From the NCBI GenBank assembly GCA_028534125.1, contig CM052818.1, positions 46,936,001 through 47,000,000 on the forward strand: a stretch of DNA of 64,000 nt, written 5' to 3'. Position 1 is the first letter of the stretch; the number at the start of each line of letters is the position of its first letter. Below are positions 13,006 through 24,883 of this stretch, one piece after another. Made by a program: the position numbers and the translations under genes. The notes beneath the pieces were generated by a model. It did not search any database. It was not told the origin of the DNA and was given only the letters and a program-made list of their open reading frames with translations. This DNA is from Lama glama (taxonomy: Eukaryota).

Positions 13006-14306
13006 ACCATGAAGTCAGTGGTTCTCCCAGGTGCCAGGTGGGCACTGCATCCTCTGCATTTCCGCTGTGGGCTTGCTCATCCGTGCGGTCAGTCTAGGAG
13101 GACGCACTCAGCCATTTGACGGAGTTGGAGAGGTGTCGGTCACCGGGGGAATTTGGGGGCCATTTGGAGCCTCTGTCTTGCTAGGGAATGAGGAAGCTGA
13201 CTTTCTGGGTGTGCTGCCTGTGCAGGGCCAGGAGGGGGGGTTGCCTGGGAAGCGGGTGAGGGCAGACAGGCCCCTCCTCCCTGGGGCAGCCCTGGGAGGA
13301 GGTCCCGGCACTTGGAGGCAGAACCAGGCACAGGCTGCCCGAGCGCCCAGTCTAGTTACTGAATGTGACCATGTCTTGGCAGGGCAAGGGATTCTAGAGG
13401 ATGTTAGGAAAAAGCTGAAGCACAGGTTAGAACCAACTTTGATCAGAGTACTGAAGGTTAAAGCCTGGCCCGGGTTAAGGAGCGGTTCAGACTTTGGAAA
13501 CAAGCATGTGACGTAATGAAAGGTTACAGATTGATTAGTTTTCAATTAGAATAACATTTTTGGAGTCAGGATACAGGTTCTCTGGCAACAGATGTGTCAG
13601 AGAGGGTAACAATAAAAAACTAAGATCAGAAGGGAATTAAGTCCAGCTGATGGCTTGTTTCAGATAAGTGAAAACACTAAAATATATATGAAAAGAAGGC
13701 AGCTAGAAATCCTTTCCCTCTGTAGTCACGCATTGCTTGCATTCATGGGCTAAATAATTCATGCTGTGATTTTGAGGGTCTTGATGTGAGCCCCCCTTGA
13801 GAATGTTAGGACTTTGCTCTGTCGCTTGGTATATTGATGATATCAGATTTCCTCCATCCAGAAGACAGAGTCATTGTTACGCACAGGTCGTACCACATAA
13901 GAAAAGTTGTTGCCATGGAAGTGATTACAGATGCTTGAAGACAAGATGACAGTTAAAAGAGGCCAGCTGAATGTGGGGCACAGCCCAGTGTGATGTACAG
14001 ATGCCTGAGCAATTGCAGATGTGGGTCACGGAAACCGGAAGCTCACTTGTCCACTCAGCTGAGGGACTTTCCGCTCTGGGGGAATAGTAGCACCTTTGCA
14101 ACTGCCTGGTAAAGCTGACCTTTAAAAACGATGTGTACACTCCAGCCGGGCCACAGAAACTGATGCAGGAGGGCTGCTGGGCAAAAATGGGGCAGCCCCC
14201 ACTTACTACTTAATTTCTGAAAGCTGGGAAGTTTCCACAAAGAGGAATGTACAGGCGAAAGTGCATTTATTAATTCATTCAGCAAAGCACTGTTGAGAAT
14301 TAATTA

Positions 14307-14337
14307 AAATAAATAATAAATAAATAAATAAATAAAT
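14307..14337. repeat. (AAAT)n microsatellite
   Basis: aaataaataataaataaataaataaataaat. Confidence 0.9.
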
Positions 14338-14355
14338 TTTTGTCTTGCAAAATTC

Positions 14356-14455
14356 TTTTTTTTTAATTGAAGTACAGTCAGCTACAGTGTGTCAATCTCT
14401 GGTGCACAGCACAATGTCCCAGTCACGCATATACGTACGTACATTCGTTTTCATT
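14356..14455 (-). mobile_element. LINE-1 3' terminal fragment
   Basis: polyT + aattgaagtacagtcagctacagtgtgtcaatctctggtgcacagcacaatgtcccagtca, same type as 4018-4247. Confidence 0.9.
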
Positions 14456-17400
14456 GGAGAATTTAATTTGTGCCTGGTTCCTGGCAAGATGTTGACGCCT
14501 CCCGGAGGCACAGGCTTGGTCCTCTGCTGGTTTGTGGGGAATGATAACTAGACACACTATGATGTGCACAGGGCAGTGCAAATGGCAGGCACACCGAGGC
14601 TGCCGTTAGAACCAGAGGGCGCCCTGCAGACGCTGTTGAGCTGAGGTGTGCAGACCGGACAGGTGACTGGAGGCGGAGCAGAGGGGCTCCCCCTGGCACA
14701 TGCAGTGTCCCTGACTCGGGCAAATTCTGCTCAGTCTCTTGCCTTTCTGAGATTTTCTATTTCGCTTGGGCTCCATACCATAGAATTGGGATCCAATTAT
14801 TCTCATAAATTCTAGTCTTGCCTCCTCAATTACTTTCACTCCTCCATAGGGTGCAGGGAGTGAGACTGGGCACAGAGAGCGCTCAGTGGTGGAGCAATTG
14901 GAAATGTGTGGCTCTTTGCTTTTAAATATGAAAAGCAGCTCCATCAATACCACACTCTGATGGGGACTAGTTATCAAACGCTGTAAAATTCAGTTGTTAA
15001 AGGTTGCTGGACAAGATGGCATTCATCTGCAATAATTCAGGGAGCAAGCAGTCAGAACTTTAGACTGTTTGAAAGGGTTACTGTAACACAACTGAGATGG
15101 AAATGTTGCCTTTCGAGTCTCTAGGGAGCTGAGATACTGAATATTTAACCATTACTTACTTCCTGTAACAATTATTTGTAAATGAGTGCTTCGGATGTGT
15201 TGAAACAATGTCTTCTCTGATGCGTTTGACACTTCCCCCCAAATACTATTTATAAATTTAAATTGCCGTGTGAGAGAAGAATGGGGTTGCTGGGCAAAGT
15301 TAAACCTCAGCTCAGCATGAATGATTTCAAATCGGTGAATTCTGAGTTAATGAAATTTTACCTTAGTTCACAGTGATAGGTTTTGCTTTGTCAAAAATGT
15401 GAAACATGCTTGGGGGAGGGGAAGTGGTGGAGGCAACATTTTGGAGGATTGATGGGGACAGTCCACGGAAAACAGATCTCAGGGACGTTTTATTTCCTTC
15501 ACAGGGTGCAGCATAGAGCACATGTGTAAACCTGGGAAGCTTGGAGCACCTGAGCTCCCAGCTGCCTGCTTCTTGTTCGGTGCCTCCAGCTAAGGAGCAG
15601 CAGAGTCAGAGCCTGGCCTCAGGGGGAATGCAGGACTTTCTCCAGACCCTTCAGCAGATGTGCTGAGCCCAGAAGGCTAACTGCCCGCTATTGTGGGGTG
15701 CGCTGTGCGGGCTGCCCAGAAGCCAGCGGTCCTGGCTCACAGCATGGCACTGGCCGTACTGGGGAGAAGAGAAATGGCTCTCTTCCCTGCCGTAAGCATC
15801 TCAACGATGCTTCCCTCACTAACTGGATTAAGCGTCACCACTAGAAGCATCATCACGAGCTGAGCATCATCCAGGCAGAGATGTAGTTGCTGGCAACAAT
15901 TCTCTTCTTTAGATTTGCTCTGACTGTGGGTCAAGAGGTCTTAGATCCATTTTTTAGGGGGGGTGAGGGTGGGGTGAAGGGATTAAAGATCCAGGAGTAA
16001 AAAAGGTACTAGTGAATAGAAGAAAATGTTGCAAAACAACCTCCTCTCCTTTTTAAGAAAATCATGGTCACATTGACTTCAGATTTTTAGGGTGATTTTA
16101 TTTTGGGGGGGTCTGGGCTGGAATAAAACTTGTCTCAGATGACCTGACCTTGAAGTAACAGACAAGGGCAGTACGATGGAATCAGCCGTTTTGTGCCAAT
16201 ATTTTTTCCTAAGGAGGCTTTGAAGTTGCCCGCGCACATGCTCCGTATCCCATTGTCACCTCTTTCAACATCACTTGATTGGGATAGAGATTATTTCTGT
16301 GACACAGAAACACTTGGACATGTGAGGCAAGGCTTCACTTTTACGGCTGAGTTTTAAAGGGGAGAAACGCTGATGCGCACCCGCTGATAGTCACCTTGGG
16401 GTCATCTAGTCGCATCTCTAGATTGCGCACCTCTTGCTAAATGTCTTCCTGTTTGCAGAAGCACGCGAGGGTGGCGAAAGAATTTCACAAGAGCCCTGGC
16501 CCATTTCTCTTATAGTTCTTCCCATATTTTATTGTCTGCTTTTACTGATAAGAAATGCCTGTGTAATTTGGGTTGCAGCTACATCAGGGAACAGTCAAAG
16601 AACTAAGTCCAGAGGGACCTTCTTTTTTAAAAATGTATTTTTTGGCCTTTGTAATCTAGGTACACTTTGTCCTCTTCACCTGAAGGTCTAACTCACAGAG
16701 ACACCATTCAGAGCCAGGGGACCATGCCTGCTCATTTGCAGGACTGGTTAACACCTTACCTGCCTGCTCTCAAGAATGTCCTGCTGTGGACAATATATAC
16801 CATATAAGTACCACACTAAGAGTGTACACTCTGCTGCAGCTCTGGCATATCCTGCAACACTTCAAGTTTCCTGGTTTCTGCGTAATGCTTTTGCTCTGCA
16901 TTTTCAAAGATGCAGCTTTCCAGCCGGTCCTGTGCGGGAAAACAACCCTTTTAATGTCAGAGTCATTCATGGTAGACTGACCAGTTTTTCTGTGGACCCC
17001 TGGCCCCTTTAGAAAACAAACAAACAAACAAAAAATGTCAAAATGTACCCGGCGCTCAGTTTTCAACCGCACATGCAGAGTAGGGAAGTGCGCTTTCCCA
17101 ATTTCTCACCCCCCGGGTGCCTGTGCCATGGGGATAACGGTGGTCTTCATGGCGATACTCAGAGGGCGCTTGAAACGGCCGGGCGTTGGGGGCGCTTGGA
17201 CAGCCTGCCTGCCCGGGGCTGCCTGGGGCGCTTCCCTCCCCAGGAACGTTACTGCGTCGCCCTGATGCTCGGCGGAGCTTGTTACTCTACCCTGCCATCA
17301 GTTGCAGTTTTACAATGTAATTTCCCCAGATTCCTTGAGGAATGTTGCATCACCAAGGTCCCCTCTTGCAGTGCCCGGGGGAGCTGTTCTGTCTCTATTT

Positions 17401-18079
17401 TTCCCCTGCGCTTTTTATTGCTCGGCGGTTAATGAACTTCTCTTGGCTGCTTCCACTGCCAGTGTTGAGAGTCCGCCGGTGAAGGTTGGTTGGCTTTCTT
17501 GGCACTCAACTGGACTGTTCAGTGGCAATTATGGGTCTTAATCACCATGAGAAATTGGAGGGAAAGGTGAACCTTTCAAAAGTCTGTCAAGGCAGCAGCA
17601 GGAACTGAGTCTGGCAGAAATAGAGGGGAGGGAACGAAGGGCCATTCTCATCTCTGAAGGCAGAATGTGGCACTCGGGGCAAGGTCCTATGGAAACAGCC
17701 AAAAGGAAAAAAAAAGAGATGCCACACTGATTTCTCCCTTTGCTGGTGTTGTTACGTAACACCGTTGGCATTGGATCCGTTCTCTCCTGGGTTAATACAT
17801 CGTTAATGGAATGCCTGACTTTAGACCAGGCAGTGTGCTGACTTTATTGCAGAGACTTGCTGTCAAGCATGAATGATTCTGGACTTCAGGGAATTCTGAG
17901 ATTCGTGGAATGACCACCAGTAAAAGGACTCTTAGGGAGATAGACCTGGGGGGAGTCCGGAAGCTGACGGTTCAGCAGGGAACCAGCTGGATCCGATGAG
18001 GAGAGACAGAAGTCCCCTTCCCTGGATGACAAGTCTCGGGAACCAGAAAGAGTTCCGAGTGGCCAAAGGGAAGTTCTGA

Positions 18080-18300
18080 TGGGGAGGGAGAGGAGGTCAG
18101 AGAAGGACGATGAATTCAGTTTTAGATGGGTCTGAAGAGTTTGCGGTGCCCGTCAGAACAACGAGAGATACAGGGTGATGTCCACCAGAGCTTTGCATTT
18201 ACAGGGCGGACCTCTAGGACGAGACAAGCCTGGGATACAGACTAGGGGGTTACCAGCTTATAGACTATGATGAGGCCATCGGTGTGGATGAGCTCACTTT
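18080..18300 (-). mobile_element. L2 fragment
   Basis: gatgaattcagttttagatgg...gtttgcggtgcc...tgaggccatcggtgtggatgagctcact. Confidence 0.6.
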
Positions 18301-18309
18301 GTAAGAAAA

Positions 18310-18525
18310 CAATAACTAATAACAACCAAGCTTTGTGGGCACTCCCTCTGTGCCCAGAGCCCGGGGAAGCCCCAGCCCACGCCATCTTCAGTAGAATCCT
18401 GTAACATGCTATTTTTAACCATCGCTGTTTACGGAGGAGGAACTTGAGGCAGAGGGCAGTTAAGTAGCTTGCCCAAGGCTGCACAGCGCAGTGGGAGGCT
18501 GGGGGCAGGGTTGGAGTTTGGGGCG
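18310..18525 (-). mobile_element. MIR SINE
   Basis: tttacggaggaggaacttgaggcagagggcagttaagtagcttgcccaaggctgcacagc. Confidence 0.8.
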
Positions 18526-21500
18526 TTCGGAGGAGAGTAGGAGGGAAGGGGTGTTGTCCAGGAGGCTGAGAAGGAAGTGCGGGGACCAGAGCAGCGTGTT
18601 GTGCAAACCGGAGGGGCAGGGCCACTCTCTCACAGCCCGGCTGTTTCCCGGGTTCCTGATCTGAGGGCCGCCCCCACTAACTGCTCAGTGTTGACAACCT
18701 CCTTGCAGACACAAAGGCCATTGCTCAAAATACCCCTTCTGTTAAGAAAACACAGGGTGTGTGCTGCCGGCAGGCTGTGAGACTCGCTCCTTCAGACCTC
18801 CAGGAAAGGGAGGAAAGCTCTTTACCTGGCTTTGGGAGCTTCTGAGGCTCCCAAGAGCCCAGCCCAAATTTGCCAGCCTGGCAAGTGAAATCCCACTCAC
18901 CCTGGGAGGCTCATTGCAGATGGCAGCTCCTCCAGGAAGTCCTCCAGCTCTCCCAGTCAAAAGGGGCTCCTCTGGCCTCCACACTCCCCCGGTGCTTTGT
19001 GCGAGCAAATAACTTATCACAAATTCTTTTCCGCCATTATCTGCGTCCCTGTCTTAACGTCTGCAAGTTCAGAAACTATACTGTATTTATTCGTGTGCCT
19101 TGCATGTAGTAGGTGCTTAGTAAATGATTGTATTAGTAGGTGCTCAATTAACAGATTTGAATGAAAGGAGCAAGGTCCTAGTGACTTTCTTCCTTAACTT
19201 TCCCTTTTCTAGCTGATTCTGCGACCAGGCTTTCCCTGCAGACTCTCCTGCTGCTGTTTTCCTTCTCTCTCTCTGTCCCTAGTGTTTTTTGTTTCCTCAT
19301 TCATGCCTTCGTCAGCCTGACATATATCAGAATTAGCTGCGTCTCTGTGTGTCGGGGGCCCCTCTAGACTCTAAGTCCTTGAGGGCTGGGTTCTTTTTCT
19401 CTGCAAAGTGCCAAGTCAGAGACAGCTTCAATCTTCTCTTGCCCATCTCCCCGGCCCAAGCCCTGCTCCCCGGGCCAATCAGCTGCACCCTTTCCTCCTA
19501 TCCTAATGTGGGGAGCAGGTGGCCCAGCCTTGCTCCGTGTCCCCTCTGTGCTTCATCTTGGTCTTCCCAGACCCAGGCTCACACATGATGGGATGATGAT
19601 ATGGGCTCCAGCTTTGATCAAAGCCGGAAACTGCAGCTGAGACCTAAATTGGCTGATAAAGGAGCAAAGATTTACTTCCGCCAGTCTGTAAACGTGCGGT
19701 GCCAAGAGCCTTGGCCACAGCTCCAAGCCAGAACCTCGGAGCTCTTCCTCAAAGAGGGACACACCATGGGGGGGGTGGCAAACAGGTGCGTGGTAGGGGT
19801 AGGAGGGTGGCTCAGGGCTCCCGGTGCCTGAGAGGCAAGCAGTTGCATTTGTCATGTTGATTTTCTGCCACGTTCCTCCCACTCCCTCGCTGAGGACTGG
19901 AGGACGAGGTGGGAGAGAAGCAGAAGAGAAACAGCAAAGGAGCAATCTTGCGCGATCCTGTTCCTTTATCTCCAATGTCAACATTACGAGTAAGCTCACT
20001 GGGGTAATACTTTCAGTGGAAATGCGTAGTTCCACTGGACACAGTGCAAGAATTTTTTGCTCATGGAATTTTCACTCAACAATAGGGGGAAAAATTGTTT
20101 TCACATAGGCGGTTTTGGCTCCAAAGATGGATTTGACAAGTGTTTCCCCAAATGCCACCAGGACTGAAGTATGCAGCTGCCATGGAAATTTCAGAACTCT
20201 CAAAAGAACCCCAAATGCATTTAAAAAAAAATCACTGAATCACATATCTAGACTGTGCTTTCTATTGTGAACAACATTTGAGCATGAGGATGAGGGAGAC
20301 CTCAGAGATCTCGTCCGAGGAACCTTAAACGTTCGTTTCATCGCTGGAATTTTCAGCACTTTCATTTAGCATCATGGCGAAGTGAGAGCCGTCTGTCTGG
20401 CCAGTTTCACATCCTATTCGTTGTCAGTTTTACTTTCTGAGCCTGACATCGATGTTTGGGTTTTCAGAACAGAAAGATGATCTTGAATAGGAACCTCGTG
20501 TATCTTTGTAACATTTTTTAATGAAGTCTCACTGCTGGTCTTTGCAGCCCGTGTCAAAAGCCGCCCGACGTGTCTCTCCCTGGATCTGATGTGATTTCTG
20601 GTCAGTTTAAGGCAGGTGAGCTGCAGCACGCCACCGAAATCAAAGGAAGGCCATGTCTTCTACTCTGCGTCACAGTGTTATCAACTCAGCCTGGTGACGC
20701 CTGTCTCCGCAATGACGCTGGATGCCACTGGTTGACCCCTAGAAGAAGAGAATGATGTGACCCCTTCTTACGCTCATGCTGGGTGGGGACTTCCACGGGG
20801 CCTTGAAATTCTGTCAGAAATGACTCAGCTTTCTCATGGTTTTATTTTTCAAGCTTTTCCCCCCGCTCTGCCTTGATCTTGGTTTTTTCTCTCTCAGTTC
20901 CTTCTGGTTAATCTTATTTTCTTCCAAGCGTAAAACTGCGCTGCTCCTTTTGAAATTAGTTTACATGCTGAGGAAGCTTTTTAGGTGACTTTCTGCTATG
21001 ATGACCTCCAGCCGGGAAAGATCTGCTGGATGCCTGGAGTCTGTTCTGAGATGAATTGGCAATTCAGTTCACACACATGAAAGACATATATAAAAGGCTC
21101 CCCAAATATTCCCACTGACTGATTAGCACGGCTTATTGGAGGGATCTTGGGCATCCTTGTAAGGACAGAAGCAAGACACGGGCGATGTCTGTGCACCACC
21201 CCAGGCAGGTAGGTAGTTGGATTGAGAAGCAGAGCGAGAGCAACTTTTTATTATAAAAGGACTTTTCTGTCTTGATTTTCAGTGTTGCCTCGATGTCCCC
21301 TTTTTTTCTGATCTCCCGAACTGGCGTTGCTACTGCGATCTCTACTGAGCAGAGAGGCACAAATCAGATTCAGCTTTCTTTTGACGATTCAAGTCGGGTT
21401 GGGAAGATCACTGTGGTTAAGTTGGAGAAGCGGCAGAATCTGTAGAAGTGTTTGATTCTCGAGGCTCAGGAAGTACTTTCGCTGGGTACCGGGAGACCTG

Positions 21501-21951
21501 GAGAGTGGGGCGACGATTTTGGATATAACTTCATCCAGGCTGGGTGTGCTGGGAAGCGCCCTGCTCTGCAGTCTCCTGCGGAACATTCAAACAGACGTCA
21601 CTGGTAACTGGTTGCTGCCTTGATGGCTTTGTCCGGCGTATTGAATAAGCGTGGAAATCTGTGATGAATGGGAAGGCTGGCTAACCTTTCCACATTGCTC
21701 TGTTACCTGAGACGCGGGTCCTCGGAGCCCGGGGAGGCGGGGCACCGGGCTGGGACTCAGTGTCCACCACAAAGCTCTTACCAACTGGACGCCATTGACA
21801 AGCCCTTCCTTTATTTGTTCTAGAATGAAGACACAGCTTTATTTTTAAATTGGTTTGTGTGTGTGTGTGTGATGTCTCCCTCATTCCCCGGGGTGTGTCT
21901 ACACTGATGTGGTTTGTGCTCTGGATTCCCAGGAGCAGTGGAGAGTGGTCA

Positions 21952-21988
21952 CTTTCTCTAAGTGGTGTCTGAAAAACACTGAAACAGG
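21952..21988 (+). repeat. 37-bp dispersed direct repeat, copy 1
   Basis: ctttctctaagtggtgtctgaaaaacactgaaacagg; 36/37 identical to 24847-24883. Confidence 0.9.
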
Positions 21989-23119
21989 TCAGGACACCAT
22001 GGTAATTGGAATTTCTTTAAGAATAATTTTAAAAGAAAACATTTGCGAACTTGGAACAAGAATATTTTTATTAGAAGATTTTTGTTTCTGTTATGGACAC
22101 ATAACCGAGGGACCTTTCCATGGGCCCTGAAATGCTTGTCTTAGAGAAATTCCCCAACGACATCCAGGTGAGACCACATGGGGACACCTGCTCTGCCGGC
22201 CTCCGGGCTGTCTCCCGTGCACGGGACGCCTGCGTGCTTCTAGAAAGCGCCTTCCAAGGAAATGGTTTCTCTTTTCTGCTTTCTTACTGTAGTGAATTCT
22301 TGCATGCACTACCTTGGTGAAACTGAAACCAGTTTCTCTTCTTCATCTAGTGAAGGAGCAGTAAGTCTAATGAATTATTCTTAGAGCTCTTTATTAAATT
22401 ACCCAGTTGACTTTTCCCTTTAAATGTGAAAATAATCACTGTTCCTTTAGCCTTTCTTCCTATATCCTAACCCCATCTATTTTATTTGCTTCTGGAGATG
22501 GAAACTGCCCTGTCCTGCCTCTCACAGTTGCAAGGGCTGTCAGTCTTCCTGAACCAGAGCCCAAGTGATCTGTTTGTTGCCTTCCTGAGCCTCTTCGGGG
22601 GAGCATCACTCTATAGTGACAATGAAGCGTGTGGGGTAGGAAAGAACATGACTTTGATCCCACCATCCGTTCACTTTGCAGATGTCCACTGAACACTTAC
22701 TAAGTGCCAGACATGGTCCTGGAGCTCAAAGTCTGCTGGGGAGCCTGCAATACACAAGAACACCTTCGGATTGGAGCCTGGAATCGTACATGACAATCAT
22801 AGCTCATAATCGGAATCTAAATATAGCCAGAAACAATCAGGACTAATTCTAAGTGCCAAGAACACGGTGGGAGAGACCAACGGGGGTGGGGGTGTCCTGG
22901 GAGGTCCAGCCCCGCTCTTTCAGGCCTTCGTCCCCGACCCCTTCCCCTCCTGGGCACCACCCCTTGGGCCCCTGATCGTAGTCTGTGTTCCTGCTGCTTC
23001 AACATTGCACCCCACCGTGGGCCTGAGTTCTCTGAGGGTCAAGGCCATCTTCCTTCTTTGTCTCCTCACTTCCCAGCAGCCGAGGGAGCAGGGCAATGCT
23101 GAGGAACTAAAGGATTTGG

Positions 23120-23300
23120 CAGCCGAGATTCCAGGTTTGAGCTCAGGGGCGGCCAGTTATTCGCTGTGTGGCCCAGTCGCTCCGAGGCCTTGGAGGTGGG
23201 GTTTCCTCATTTATAAAATGGAGACAGTGGCCTCTTCATTCCCATTGACCCCGTGTGGCCTGGTGAGGCCATGACAGGCCTTTGGCACGTCTCCAACACT
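23120..23300 (+). mobile_element. MIR SINE
   Basis: gtttcctcatttataaaatggagacagt core. Confidence 0.65.
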
Positions 23301-24846
23301 GTCACCATGTGCCAGTGATTTACTCAGCGTACTCCAGCTGCTGGACAAGGAGTGGTGGGTGCAGGGGTGGCTGGGTGCCGTATTTGTTCTCTCTAGTCTG
23401 TTTCAGCTGGCTAATGGCTGTGGAAAAGATGGTGGATGTCAGAAGGAAGAGACGAAACACAAATAAAGGTGAAGAGGATGGCAGGCAGGTGTGGCCACAT
23501 GGAGCTGGTCGCAGGAAGTCCAAGAAAGTGGCCAGATGGGCACCTTAGAGCTTCTGACCCCACTGACGTGTTTGCTTGGGCTAGGGACCAGGAAAGGGAG
23601 CTGGCCGGCATGTCAGGGCCAGCGGGAGGTGGCGAGCATGGGACAGGACCCTGGAGGTTCTCCAGGACAGCCCAGAGCTTGTCTTGAGACAGTCGGCTGT
23701 GATTCATGAGCCTGGTGTGGGGACTGGATGGCCAGCCTCTCAGGACAGCATCAGAAACTGAGGCCATTTACAGCAAAGACATTGACTCAAACACAAGTGT
23801 CGGGCTCAAATCCACCCTAAACAAAGACTATTTCTGGGAGCCCCAAGTGCACGTGGCTGTACTGGCCTCTCCTGCCTGTCCTGCTGACACCACCCATCAC
23901 CGAGAGGAGGCTTAGGGTTGAAAGCAGGAGGTGGGGATGCTTAAAAGAGAAAAGGAAGCGGGGAAGTCAGTGGAAGGGACCAAACAGGCACAGTCAGACG
24001 AGACAACAGATGTGGCCCCGGAACAAGATGCCATGAGGGGACGGTGGCCCTAAATGATTTCTGTTCTGGGAATTTGCTGTAAGCGGGGCCGGGGGCGGGT
24101 GGTGCTCTCCTTTTATTTCTCCCAGGCCCAGCTTCAGACATCATCGTGCAAACTGGGATTTTACTGGAAGAGAACACAGGCTCACTGCGGGGTGAAGGTG
24201 CTCTCCTGCACAAGGACATCCCAGAGCGTCTGTGCTGTTCCACCAAGAGGAGCCCCCGGGTCATTTCTTTCTGAGCCGTCAGGGTGGTGGTTAGTTTCTC
24301 TCTCGATCACTCCCCAGGCTTTTCTTTCTCCCGCCTGAGTTCCATCACAGGTGCCAGGTATCAGGGTTAAGTGAGTAACTGAGTTTGAGTTTCTTCCAAA
24401 GTGACCGAGCCAGGGATGGTCTCAGATACTGGGCACCAGATACCTCAAGTCAACGGTCATCGGTCACTTTATTTCTCTCCATCGACTCCAAGGAGGTGAC
24501 TTCTGAACCAGAAGGCAGAGCAGAGGACATGTGAGAAAGGGAGGGGGAGTGCAGGTTCCATCCAGCAGATGCAGAGGAGAGATGCTGGATGTCTGTCCCT
24601 CATTCTGGGAGTTTGTTACGAATTGACTCAAAAAGAGAGGCTGCCCACTTCAGAAGATGCCGATCATCATGGGACTGACAGGCAACCGTGCCACTTACCT
24701 CCAGGGCGAGAGATGAAAGGCGCGGGGACCTGGCAGGACGAGAGGCACTGGGCGAAGTTAGGATTGGTAGCTGCCAGGTGGCACACAATTGGGCACCTGG
24801 GGCGGGGGTGAACAGGTGAGAGGAGATTTGCTTTAATGCGTCTGAG

Positions 24847-24883
24847 CTTTCTCTAAGTGGTGTCTGAAAAGCACTGAAACAGG
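24847..24883 (+). repeat. 37-bp dispersed direct repeat, copy 2
   Basis: ctttctctaagtggtgtctgaaaagcactgaaacagg. Confidence 0.9.

Noticed and set aside
13909..13921. RFX X-box-like GTTGCCATGGAAG
   Set aside because: Single imperfect motif with no nearby promoter evidence.
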